A stretch of DNA of 64,000 bases from an uncultured Chloroflexia bacterium (GTDB lineage Bacteria; Chloroflexota; Limnocylindria; Limnocylindrales; CSP1-4), in assembly GCA_963775855.1 (NCBI GenBank), contig CAVZKO010000008.1, positions 116,965 to 180,964 on the forward strand, read 5' to 3'. This document shows positions 1-10,770 of the stretch, in pieces. Numbering within the stretch: position 1 is the first letter of the stretch; every line of letters begins with the position of its first letter. The notes under the pieces are model-generated. The model did no database searches. It was not told where the DNA came from and saw only the letters and a program-made list of their open reading frames with translations. The translations under genes and the position numbers were made by a program.

Positions 1-936
1 GCCCGCCCTTCGCGAAGATGTTCGACCGATCCCAGCGACGGAGGTCGACCTGGTACCAAGACGCATACACCCCGCCGTCCGGGGCCGGCCGGAGGCGATA
101 TCCAATCCGCCACCAGTCGCCGTAGCCGCGTGGATGTGGCGCCGGGGCGATCTCAGCGGACGCCCATGTCTCGCCTAAGTCCGCTGACGCGAGGAGGTGG
201 AAGCCGGGACCATGGGCACCGCGGGCGAGCCAGTTGTAGCCGATGTAGACCGTGCCGAAGTTCGGGCTTGCCACGTTTCGGTCGACTGCGATCTCCGGCA
301 TGCCGCCCACCCATGGCGGCGTTTCGCGTTCGACGTAGAGCTTGGACCAGCTCGCGCCCTCGTCGTCACTGTACGCGGTTGACAGGCTGAATCGGCCGTC
401 GCCGCAGCCCGGCGTGGTCATGTTCGCCCAGTACATGCGGCTCCCACCCGACGGACCGGGGCCCCAGGCGATGGCGGCGTGGAGACTGACGCCTCGGCCG
501 GATCCCGCAGCCGGACTCTTCCTCGTCGACCGCCACGTGACGCCGCGGTCGTGGGAGATGCGGACGGTGGGATTGAGTCCGCAGGCCGTGCCCGGCCCGC
601 GGTGCTGGTAAACGACGGCGACCCGGTCGGGGTCTGTCGGATGCGTCGCCACGACCGGCTCCCATGCTCGATCATCAACGGATTTCGGGACGAGGCTGAC
701 CGCCGTCTCGTGAGCGACGGCGACGCCGACCTCGGCGGGCAGGACGGGAACCGGAGGGAGCCGAACCGGGACGGCCGGGGACCCCGACGGCGGTACGGTC
801 GGTGATGGCAAGGGGGCGACGATCGGACTTACGGCGTCGCTCGCGCGATCGGTGGCTCGTTCGGCCGCCGGCGAACACCCGGCCACGAGCACAAGCACCA
901 TCACGGCGCCGGCGAGCCGCCGAATCGCAGCAGGTC
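1..936 (-). CDS. BNR/Asp-box repeat glycosidase (sialidase-like) lipoprotein; the 3' part runs off the window start
   Basis: The minus-strand frame is open from 936 to 1, so it is absent from the ORF track (no stop inside the window). GTG start at 934-936, then a lipoprotein signal RRLAGAVMVLVLVAGCS. Three Asp-box motifs (SHDRGVTW, SDDEGASW, SADLGETW) fall in the same frame. Confidence 0.6.
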
Positions 937-3388
937 TCACGGGGCGCCGATTGACGGGAGGGCCGCGTAGAGATCCGCGGCGATCGAGATCACAAAACTC
1001 GCGGTGAGGTGGTGGTTATCGCGGTAGACCAGCGTCTTCCCGATGATCGGCGGGCATCGGTTGGTCGGGCACACGACGTCGGACAGGTCGACGACCGCCG
1101 CCCCCGTCAGCCGGGCTGCCTCTGTCTCACGGCGAAGGTGGCGCCAGCCGAACGCTGCCGTGCGGGTGGTCGTGCAGCGCTCGATCGCGTCGCGATGCTT
1201 GGCGAGGCACGCGGGGACGTCAAATTCGGATCGCGGCGTGTCGACGAGGATTGCCACGGTGCCAGGGATGCGCTCGATCAGCCGCGCCAGCGCCGGCTCC
1301 CTGACGCTCGGGCTCATTGTCGCGGTTGGCGACGACCGGGAGCCAGCGGTTCGAGGTGATGATGACGAGATCCGGCTTCAACTTCACCAGGCGGTCGACG
1401 ACGTTCTCCCGCCAGGCCTCGCATTCGGTGTACTCGCGATTGAGGTTGGGCGACCAGATCGGCAGGTCGACGAAGACGCAGCTGAACTTCGTGAGCGGGA
1501 CGAGCCGCCAACCACGCTCCTTGGCCACGACGTTCAGCGCCGGGAACCAATGGGCGGCGTGCGAGTCGCCAACGAGGGCGACGGTGATCGCACCGTTCCG
1601 ATCCCCGTACACGCAGCTGGGCGGTCGGGAGCCGGCCAGCGAGAGTCCGCATCCATCTGCCAGGAGGGGATCGTCGTCGCCCCGCGACGCGCCGAGGGAC
1701 GGCGTGAGATCGCGCGGCACGGGACCGTCGATCCGCGGGCTTGGTCGAGGGATCGGGTCGGGTCGGGCTCGGGCCGACGGCGTCGGGCTCAGTGCCGGCG
1801 TCGCGGTTGCGCTCGGTCGAGGCCCATACGAACCGGGCGACACGATCGCGGTAGGAGAAGGCGTGGGTGAGGGCGTGAGCGAGGGAGCGGCTGGGACCTG
1901 ATCCAACTCGCCGTCGTACGCGGCCGCTTCGATGTCGCGTTGGGCGACAGCGCCCATCGTCGTCGAGCCGACGCCGATCGCGAGCACCGCCGCGCCCGTC
2001 ATTGCGAACCCGCGCACGCGGCCACCGAGCGACAGGCGACCTAGCGGGAGCCGACCGCGGCGGAACGGCTCTTCCACCAGCCGCCACGTGAGCGCAGCCA
2101 GGATCACGGCCAGGAGGACGAGACCGAGCCGAAGGGAAAGGTCGCCCTCGGCGGGACCGGCTTCAGAGGCTGCCAACCCGAGAGCCACGGGCGCGAGGAC
2201 GAGAATCGGCCAGTGCCAGAGATACAGCGAATAGGAGATCCGACCCAGCCAGCGGAGCGGAGGGAGGGAAAGCACGATCCGGCCGGGAGACGCGGCACGC
2301 CCGCCTGAGGCGATGATCCCAGCGGCGCCGAGCGTCGGGAGCAGTGCGGCGAGGCCCGGGTACTCCGTCATCGGCCCGATGACAAGCAGCCCGGCGACCA
2401 GCAGGCCGACTCCCAGCCAGCCGACCATGGCGGCAATCGGGCGTGGCGCCCGGCCGAGCCATGGAGCCGCGACGGCCAGGAGACCTCCGGCGGCCAGCTG
2501 CCAGGCTCGCGTCGGCAACAGGTAGTAGGCCCACGGACCGTTCGACGCCGTCACGGCGACGGAGAGGAGGAATGAGCCGGCCAGGATCACGGTGATGAGG
2601 ACCGTCATCGCGAGACGCGGCCGCCGAGTTCGGGCAGCCAGCAGGAGAAGAACGGGCCAAAGCAGGTAGAACTGCTCCTCCACCCCCAGCGACCAGAAGT
2701 GGAGGACCGGCGACGCAGCGTCGGGCGCGAAGTAGTTCGTGGCGTCGATGGCAAATCGGACGTTCGCGAGCGAGAGGCTCGCGGCGAGGGCGTCATCGGC
2801 GACGCGCGGCAGGTCGAGCGGCGAAAGGACGACTTGGGCCGCGAGCAGCGTGCTCGCCAGCACGACGATGGCCGCCGGGAGGATGCGTCGGGCACGGCGC
2901 GCGTAGAAGGCCCCGAGTCGAATCCGACCTGTCCGCCGACTCTCGTCGACGAGCAGGCCCGTGATCAGGAACCCGGAAAGGACGAAGAAGACGTCGACGC
3001 CAACGAAGCCGGCTTCGGCGCCGGGGAGGCGCGCGTGACATAGCAGGACCAGCAGGATGGCGATGCCACGGAAACCCTCGAGATCCGGCCGGAACCGGGG
3101 TTCGCCCGAGTCAGCGGTGCGGCGCGATTCCGGCCGTGCCGTCAACGCTGGCCTGCCGACCAAGGCCGGTGGCACAGCGGCAACGGCGCTGACGGGCGCG
3201 ACCGTCGCAGCCGATTCGGCGCTCACGAGGCCGCCGGAAGCCCGACGCCCATCGCGTCGTGATCGGGCCATGCCTCGGGCTGACGCACACGCACCGAGCA
3301 GCAGTCCCGCGACAATCGTCGCGGCGACCCGCTTCATCGATGGGTGCATCCCTTGTCCTCCAGGCGGAGTGTGTAGGCAGAGAGACAC
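937..3388 (-). CDS. OatA-like O-acyltransferase (acyltransferase_3 membrane domain plus C-terminal SGNH hydrolase); frameshift near 1220-1317
   Basis: ORF 1220..3388 carries the acyltransferase-3 signature (RPDLEGFRGIAILLVLLCHA) and multiple TM helices, then the start of an SGNH domain (GDSHAAHW). ORF 937..1317 in another frame carries the SGNH C-terminus (TLVYRDNHHLTASF). Confidence 0.75.
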
Positions 3389-3531
3389 GCGACAGCGTCC
3401 GCTTGCGACGTCTCAACCATGTCGCTATGCCGACACCCAGCAGCGCGTGACATCGCGCCCCGGCACAAGTCCTACGTGCCTAGACCCCAGATCGCGCCTC
3501 GCACTCGAAGGTTCACGGTACAGTCGCGGGC

Positions 3532-4800
3532 ATGCTTCGTCGGCTGCCCTACGCCTGGCTCATCGTCGCTGTCACGTTCCTCGTCCTGCTGGTCGCGGCC
3601 GGCGTTCGGGCTGCGCCGGCCGTGCTCATCAAGCCGCTCGAGGCCGAGTTCGGCTGGGACCGCGCCAGCATCTCGCTGGCGATCGCGGTCAGCATCCTCG
3701 CTTTCGGCTCGGCGCGCCGCTGTCCGGCGGCCTGATCGATCGCTTCGGCCCGAAGAGGGTCATGCTCGGCGGACTTGTCCTCATCGTCGGCGGCCTCATT
3801 CCCCTCGCCCTCATGACCGAGCTCTGGCAGTTCCACCTGTTCTGGGGGATCGTCACGGGTGTCGGGACGGGCGCGGTGACCAACGTCCTCGGCGCCACGA
3901 TCGCCCTGCGCTGGTTCCGGACCCACCGCGGGATCGTCCTCGGCGCGTTCGCGGCGGCCTCGTCGGCCGGCCAGCTGATCTTCATCCCGACGCTCCAGGG
4001 GATCATCCTCGACAGCGGCTGGCGGACGGCTGTCGCCGTCCTGGCCGCTGCGGTCGGGCTCGATGCTGCTGCCGGTGCTGCTGCTTCATGCGCGATCGAC
4101 CGGAGGACGTCGGCCAGGCGGCGTTCGGGGCCACCGGCGACGCCGCCGCGGAGGCCGCCGATCAGCAGCGAGGCCGTCCGAGCGACCTCGCTGCGCGATG
4201 CTGCGCGGACGCGCGACTTCTGGCTCCTCGCCGGCAGCTTCTTCATCTGCGGCTACACGTCGAACGGTTTGATCGGCACGCACCTGATCCCGCATGCCGT
4301 CGAGCACGGCTTCACCGAGGTCACCGCGGCGAGCGCCGTCGCGCTGATGGGGACGATGAACATCGTCGGCACGCTCGCGTCGGGCTGGCTCACCGATCGC
4401 TACGACAATCGCCGGCTGCTTGCCGTCTATTACGGCTTCCGGGCGCTGTCGATCGCCGCGCTGCCGCTGATCCTCAACATCCCGCAGCTGTTCCTCTTCG
4501 CGATCGTCTACGGCCTCGACTGGATCGCGACCGTCCCCCGACCGCGAACCTGACCGCCCGAATTTTCGGCCGAGGCTCCCTTGGCACGATCTATGGCTGG
4601 ATCTTCGCGAGCCACATGGCCGGGGCGGCACTGGCGGCGTTCCTCGGCGGCTTCTTCCACGACGTCCTCGGCGACTATCACGCGATCTTCATCTCGGCCG
4701 CGCTGATCGGCTTCGTCGCGGTGCTGCTCGCAAGCCGCATCTCCGTCGGTGGCCTCCAGGGGCCGAAGGACGTCACCACGGCCACCGCACGCGGCGGCCT
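3532..4800 (+). CDS. MFS transporter (oxalate/formate antiporter-like family), split over at least 3 frames
   Basis: N-terminus in ORF 3532..3735 (LPYAWLIVAVTFLVLLVAAGVRAAPAVLIKPLEAEFGW). Body in the 3057..4553 frame (FGPKRVMLGGLVLIVGG..., FWLLAGSFFICGYTSNGLIGTHLIPHAVEHGFT). C-terminus in the 3419..4963 frame (GSLGTIYGWIFASHMAGAALAAFLGG). The 3' end is approximate. Confidence 0.65.
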
Positions 4801-4848
4801 GACCACGGCGCCCCGGCGAGCGCCGATGCCGCCCGCACCGGAGCGGCG

Positions 4849-5553
4849 CTACTCGTTTCGGATCAGGCCGTGTCGGATGGCGTACCGCGTCAGGGCGTTT
4901 GTGCCGCGGAGGCCGAGCTTCTCGACAGGTTGGCGACGTGACGGCGAACGGTGTGGATGCTGATATTCAGCCGCCGGGCGATCTCCGCCGGCGGATGCCC
5001 CGATGCGAGAAGCGTCAGGATCTCGCGCTCGCGGATGCTCATCGGGCCGGATCTGGAGCCAGCGCATCGAGTCGTCGACGATTGCGCCCGGTGACGCTGC
5101 TGTGCAGATAACGCTCTCCGCGCGTGACAGCCCGGATCGCCTCGAGCAACTCCGACGAATGGGCGCCCTTGACCAGATAGCCGGTTGCCCCCGCGGCGAG
5201 CGCCTGCCGAACCGTCTCCGGGTCGCTGTGCATCGTCAGGACCACGATGCGCAATCGTCGATGGCGGCTGCGCAGGGCCCTGCAGCAGCGGGAGACCGTC
5301 GCCATCAGGAAACGTGAGGTCGAGCAGCAGGACGTCAGGGCGAGTCTGGCGCCACCAGATCGAAGGCGTCCTCCTGGGCGGCCGCTTCGCCGACGACCTC
5401 GAAGCCGCTTGCCCCGGCGAGGACCAGCCGGAGGCCCTCGCGAACCAGGTGGTGGTCCTCGACGAGAGCGACACGGATGGGGCGGCGGGCCTTCTGGCGG
5501 TCCGGCAGCGCGGGGATCGCTTCGGCACTTCGACATCCCGGACGTGCCATCAT
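4849..5553 (-). CDS. NarL/LuxR-family response regulator (REC plus HTH_LuxR), frameshifted (about 3 shifts)
   Basis: REC N-terminus in ORF 5335..5553 (IRVALVEDHHLVREGLRLVL). REC pieces in two other frames (RPDVLLLDLTFPDGDGLPLL; IVVLTMHSDPETVRQALAAGATGYLVKG). HTH (SIREREILTLLASGHPPAEIARRLNISIHTVRRHVANL) in the 4890..5528 frame. C-terminus (KLGLRGTNALTRYAIRHGLI) in ORF 4849..5067. Confidence 0.7.
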
Positions 5554-5627
5554 CCGCGCCTGGCCCCCGGCGAATGTTCGGCAGATCCATCAGCCCGCCG
5601 GGTCCGTTGCCGGAATCGGCGTCACGG

Positions 5628-6629
5628 TCAGGTGGCCCGCATCGAGGTCGCCGGTGAGCGGTACTTGCAGCTGGATGACCGTCCCTCACCCGGCCGTGAC
5701 TGGACATCCAGCCGACCCGCGCAGGATGGCCGGCTCGCTCCTGCATGCCGTCAAGCCCCAGACCGCGGCCTCGGGCTGACTGATCGAGGCCGACGCCATT
5801 GTCGCCGACGATGAGCCGGATCTGGCCGTCTATGACGTCGCCATCGATCCAGATGTTCGGGCGCCGTGACTGTGGCGCGCCGCGTTGCCGATCGCCTCCT
5901 GGACGATCCGATAGGCATCGATCTCGCGCTCTGCCCTCGAGCAGGCCGGGCGGCAGCTTCGCCGGGTCGAGCCGGACGTCGACAGGGACGCCGGCCGATC
6001 TGCGAGATTGCTCAAGGCCGGCGCCGAGGCCGATCTCGTGGATTCGCGGTGGGCCGCAGTCGCGGCGGCCACGTCGCGTGCTTCCTCGAGGGCGGATGGC
6101 CGCGAGCAGCTGGGCGCGCCGCATCGTCGCCTGAGCCAGCGGCGACGGGGCCGGTCCAGCCCCGACTCGGCCTCTGCGGCATCGAGGGTCAGGACCACCG
6201 CGGTCAGCGTCTGGCCGACGCCGTCGTGGAGATCGCGGGCAAGACGCCCGCGTTCGTCCTCGTGAGCGGTGTAGCAGCCGGTCGCTCGCCTGCCGATAGA
6301 GCGCGGCGTAGCGCTTGGCGGATGTCGAGAGGAGATCGGCCAAGACGGCCACGATCACGAGATCAGCGAGCATGAGTGGCCACTCTGCGAAGTCCAGTGG
6401 CTCGATCTCGAACGGCTGCCCGAACGTGTGGCCGACGAGCGAGTATCCGATCGCAACGATCGCCGCGATCAGGATCCGGCAGCAAGGCGATTCTCAGGCC
6501 GTATACGAAGGCGCCGACCCCGACCGTCACCCACAGCGCGTGCAGGAGGATTTCGGTGTCGCCCGAACGGAAGAACGTGGCGAATGCGAGCAAGTAGGTC
6601 GCTGCGTCGAGCAGGCGGCGCATCGCCAC
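5628..6629 (-). CDS. Sensor histidine kinase (NarX/DesK-type HisKA_3 plus HATPase), frameshifted
   Basis: Membrane N-terminus in ORF 6363..6629. H-box/N-box region AYRIVQEAIGNAARHS in ORF 5830..6198. G-box IVGDNGVGLDQSARGRGLGLDGMQERAG in the 5039..6373 frame. A C-terminus RLDVQSRPGEGTVIQLQVPL with stop at about 5628-5630 is recovered in a third frame. Confidence 0.65.
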
Positions 6630-6719
6630 CGGCTCGAGGCCGGACTGGCCCCAACACCGAACGGCCCGCGAACCCGCCCATGATCTTCATGACCCCCTCA
6701 ATGGCGGATTTTGAGTATA

Positions 6720-6731
6720 GGCACTAGTGCC
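6720..6731. promoter_or_regulatory. Perfect 12-bp palindrome GGCACTAGTGCC in the divergent intergenic region between the two-component operon and the RND operon; candidate regulator-binding site
   Basis: The palindrome is read directly from the sequence. It lies in the roughly 450-bp non-coding gap 6630..7079, which is lower in GC than the flanks. Confidence 0.3.
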
Positions 6732-7079
6732 CGCCTTCCGACAATGATGCTGGTTGCCGAATTCCCTGGTGTCTGCGGACAGGAATTGGGGCGTCCGCGG
6801 ACGCTCGGACCTGGAAGTCAGCGGCCACGGCGCGGCGTGTAGCCCTGTACTGCGCGGTGTCGATGAGGGCGAGATCGCATGGGGGTGTCGGACGCCGCGC
6901 GCGGATTGGCCTTACCGCGCCGGTGCCCGCCGTGGGGCCATGTCGAACGTGTGAAGTGGCCGGCCGGCTGGCGGCCGTGCGCGTCGGCACGTCGTTCGAG
7001 ACTTGGCGTGCGATCTGCGCGCGCCCGACATCGCCGTTAACGGGCGACGTCGGACGGACTGCGCTGGGAGGCCTGCAGG

Positions 7080-10000
7080 ATGATGCGATCCGTTGTTGGT
7101 TGGGCTCTTCGGTATCGAGGCATCGTTGTGGGCCTGGCCGCCGTCACGCTGCTGTTCGGCTTCCTCCAGCTCCCGAGCATGCCCCGCGACGTCCTCCCGG
7201 AGTTCACGCCGCCGTACGTCGAAGTCCAGACGGAGGCACTCGGCCTGTCGGCCGACGAGGTCGAGCAGCTGATCACGGTGCCCCTCGAGGCCGACCTCCT
7301 CCAGGGCGTGGCGTTCCTCGACGAGATCCACTCCGAGTCGGTGCGCCGGCCTGTCGTCGATCGTGATGATCTTCGAGCCCGGAACCGACATCTTCGCGGC
7401 ACGCCAGGTGGTCGCTGAGCGGCTGACGCAGGCGCACGCGCTGCCGCATGTCTCCAAGGCGCCGGAGATGCTCCAGCCCCTGTCGTCGGCAAGCCGCCTG
7501 ATGATGGTCTCGATGTCCTCGACCGACGTCCCGCTCATCGACATGTCGGTCCACGCCAAGTGGACGGTCCGGCCGCGGCTGATGGGTGTCCCGGGCGTCG
7601 CCAACGTGGCGATCTGGGGCAACCGTGAGCGACAGCTCCAGGTCCGTGTCGACCCCGACCGGATGAAGGCCGCCGGCGTCCAGCTCCAGCACGTGATCGA
7701 GGCGACCGGCAACGCGCTCTGGGTCTCATCGCTGACGTTCCTCGAAGGCTCGACGCCGGGGACGGGTGGGTTCATCGACACGCCCAACCAGCGCCTCGGT
7801 GTCCAGCACGTGTTCCCGATCAGCACCGCCGACGAACTTGCCCGAGTCCGGATCCAGCCCGAGGACACGGGCGGTCGGGTCGTCCGCTTGGGCGACGTTG
7901 CCGAGGTCGTGGAGGACCACCAGCTGCTGATCGGCGACGCCGTCGTCAACGACGGGCCCGGTCTGATGCTGGTCATCGAGAAGTTCCCCAACGCCGATAC
8001 CGTCGCGGTGACCCGGGCGGTCGAGCAGGCTCTTGAAGCGCTGCGCCCGGGGCTGGGCGGGATCGCGATCGACACCAAAGTCTTCCGGCCCGCGACGTTC
8101 ATCGAGCAGGCCATCGGCAACGTCTCGCTGGCCCTGCTTGCAGGCTTTGTCCTGGCCGCGGTCGTGTTCCTGGTCTTCTTCCGCGACTGGCGAGCCGGGC
8201 TGATCGGCCTGGTGTCCCTGCCCTTGTCGCTGGTCGCCGCCCTACTGGTCCTTAACAGCCTCGGTGCGACGCTCAATGCCATCGTCGTCGCCGGCCTCGT
8301 CCTTCGATCGGCGTGATCGTCGACGATGCGATCGTCGGCATCGACGAGGTCCTCCGCCGCGGTCGCCATCCGGAGGGCACCGACGCCGGCACGCCGGCGG
8401 CGTCGATCATCCTCGAGGCCGCCCTTGGGCGGCGGCGCCCGATCGTATTCGCGACGCTCATCGCCTTGTCCGCGATGGCGCCGGCGCTCTTCGTTTCGGG
8501 CGAGGCGGGAGCGTTCCTGCCGCAGCTGATCATCGCGTATGTCCTCGCGATGCTGGCGTCCATGGTCGTGGCGCTGACGGTGACGCCGGCCCTCGCCCTG
8601 ATCCTCCTGGCGGGTACGGCCCGGAACGGGCACCAGACCCCCCTGTCGCAGGCGCATCCACAACGCGTACGCGTCGCTGCTGTCGCGGTTGCTCCGGCGC
8701 ACCCGGCCGATGTTCCTGGCCGCCGCCGCCATCACGGTCGTGGTCGTGGTCGTGGCCGGCGCGGTCACGGCGCCGCATCTCGGCGATTCCTTCGTTCCGC
8801 CGTTCAAGGAAGGCGACATTCTGATCCGCTGGGATGGCCCGCCGGGCACCTCGCGCGAGGAGATGAACCGGATCGCCGCCCTGGCGGGAGCCGAGCTCCG
8901 GTCTATTCCGGGTGTCCGTGGCGTGGGTGGCCACACCGGCCGGGCGATCACCTCCGACCAGGTCGTCGGCACGAACGCCGGCGAGATCTGGGTCAACATC
9001 GACCCGTCCGCCGACCACGACGCCACGCTCGCCGCCATCCGTGACACGGTCGCCGGCTACCCCGGCCTCAGCCACGCGGTCAGCACGTACACGAGCGACC
9101 GGACGACCGATGTCCTCGGGGGCGACCCCAATGACGTTGCCATCCGCGTCTACGGCCAGGAGGACGCGATCCTTCGCCAGAAGGCCGACGAGGTCGCCCA
9201 GGCCCTGACCGGGATCGACGGCCTCGTCGACCTCACGGTCGTCGCCCCGATCGAAGAGCCGCGACTCAAGATTGCCGTCGACCTCGAGAGGGCCGGCGCA
9301 CGCGGCGTCGCCCCGGGCGACGTCCGGCGGGCTGCGGCGACACAGGTGGCCGGCATCGAGGTCGGCTTCCTGTTCGAGGAGCAGAAGATCTTCGAAGTCG
9401 TGGTCTGGGGCTCGCCGGAGGCCCGCCACAGCATCGACAGTGTCCGCAACGTGATCGTCCCGACCATGCGACGGCGCGGTCCGACTCGGAGACGTCGCCG
9501 ACGTCAGCATCAGCAGCGGCCCTTCAGTGATCCGGCGCGAGGGCGTGTTCCGGTTCATCGATGTCGTGGCCGATGTCCGCGGGCGCGACTTCGGCTCAGT
9601 CATGACGGACGTCAACAGCCGTCTCGCGGCAGTCGCATTCCCCTTGGAGTACCGCGCCGAGGTCCTCGGCGCACTCGCTCCAGGCCCAGGCGGACCTGTC
9701 CCGCCTGATCGCGATCGTGGTCGCCGCGGCGCTCGCGATCCTCCTCCTCCTCCAGGCAGCCTTCGGCAGTTGGCGGCGGGCATTGTTCGTCTACGTAGCT
9801 CTGCCGGTGGCGCTGGTCGGGGCGGCTCTCGGCGCGATCCTGACCGGCGGCTTCTTCTCGATCGGCGTCGTCGCCGGATTGTTCGCGGTTCTCACGATCG
9901 CGGTCCGGATCTGCATCGTGAGCGTTGACCGCTACCAGGCGCTCGAGAGCGCGCCGGACGCGGAGCTCGGGCCGGATCTCATCCTCGACGGAGCCCGGGA

Positions 10001-10247
10001 GCGGCTTTCGCCGATCCTGGCGACCGCGATCGCTACGGCCCTCGCGATGGCGCCGTTCATCGTCCTCGGCGGGCTGCCGGGGATCGAGATCCTCCGACCG
10101 ATGGCGATCGTCGTTCTCGGTGGCCTCGCTACTTCTACCCTGTTCGCCCTGTTCCTGGTCCCCGCCGTGTACCTCAGCTCAGGGCCAAGCCCGGAGCCGG
10201 ACGCGGCAACCCAGCTGGTCGAGCAGCCCGGCATGAGTCCGGTCTGA
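7080..10247 (+). CDS. Efflux RND transporter permease (CusA/CzcA-like, VDDAIV-IEN type), about 1050 aa split over at least 6 frames
   Basis: Consecutive ORFs 7080..7418, 7363..8316, 8313..9044, 8689..9708, 9527..9928 and 9717..10247 tile a complete RND permease colinear with the intact paralogue downstream. Representative segments are LPEFTPPYVEVQTEALGLSADEVEQ, MIVDDAIVGIDEV and the C-terminal 12-TM region. Confidence 0.7.
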
Positions 10248-10729
10248 TGAACGCTTCCAGACCAATCAGCACGAGAGAGAGGTTCACGATGGGGCGGAGC
10301 AATCGGAGGGCGCTGATCGGCCTCGGCCTGGCCGCGTTCCTGCTGGCGGCCTGTGCGCAGGGGGAGGTGGCAGGCATCGTCTCCGAGGATCCGCCCGTTA
10401 AGGTCGAAAAGAACGAGGTCACAGGACTCAGCCGGTTGACCCTGTCGGCCAAAGCCGCCGAGCGCCTCGGGATCGCCACCGGAGCCGTTTCTGCGGCCGG
10501 AGCGGGCACGGCCATTCCGTACGCGGCTCTCGTCTACGACAAGGCGGGCAAGACCTGGGTCTACACGAATCCCGAGGGCCGTGACTTCGTCCGCGAGGCA
10601 ATCGAGGTCGAGCGGATCGAGGGCGATCTGGCGTTCCTGTCGTCCGGCCCGCCCGTTGGCACGGCGGTCGTCACCGTCGGCACGGCGGAGCTGTGGGGCG
10701 TCGACACCGGTGTTGGTGGTGGCCATTGA
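10247..10729 (+). CDS. Small lipoprotein resembling only the beta-barrel / membrane-proximal part of an RND periplasmic adaptor (MFP); no alpha-hairpin
   Basis: ORF of 160 aa. Its start overlaps the RND1 stop (TGATG). Signal peptide with lipobox LLAAC (an alternative start MGRSNRR lies at about 10289). The body (VTGLSRLTLSAKAAERLGIATGAVSAAGAGTAIPYAALVYDKAGKTWVYTNPEGRDFVREAIEVERIEGDLAFLSSGPPVGTAVVTVG) follows the HlyD-family C-terminal pattern. Confidence 0.5.
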   Translation: MNASRPISTRERFTMGRSNRRALIGLGLAAFLLAACAQGEVAGIVSEDPPVKVEKNEVTGLSRLTLSAKAAERLGIATGAVSAAGAGTAIPYAALVYDKAGKTWVYTNPEGRDFVREAIEVERIEGDLAFLSSGPPVGTAVVTVGTAELWGVDTGVGGGH

Positions 10730-10770
10730 GGCGGTCAGCTGAACGCTGCTGACCCGGGAGGATCCCCACC

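Noticed and set aside
3419-4963. 514-aa Arg-rich ORF, and the similar 3057..4553 ORF
   Set aside because: They are mostly out-of-frame translations of the MFS transporter region. Only short segments of each are in the real frame.
6912-9047. 711-aa minus-strand ORF, plus similar long antisense ORFs at 8530..9783(-), 11131..12057(-), 11304..12131(-), 12710..14188(-) and 59860..61458(-)
   Set aside because: They lie antisense to well-supported RND and SPFH coding sequence and are Arg/Ala/Pro/Gly-rich low-complexity translations. These are the usual stop-poor shadow ORFs of 70% GC DNA.
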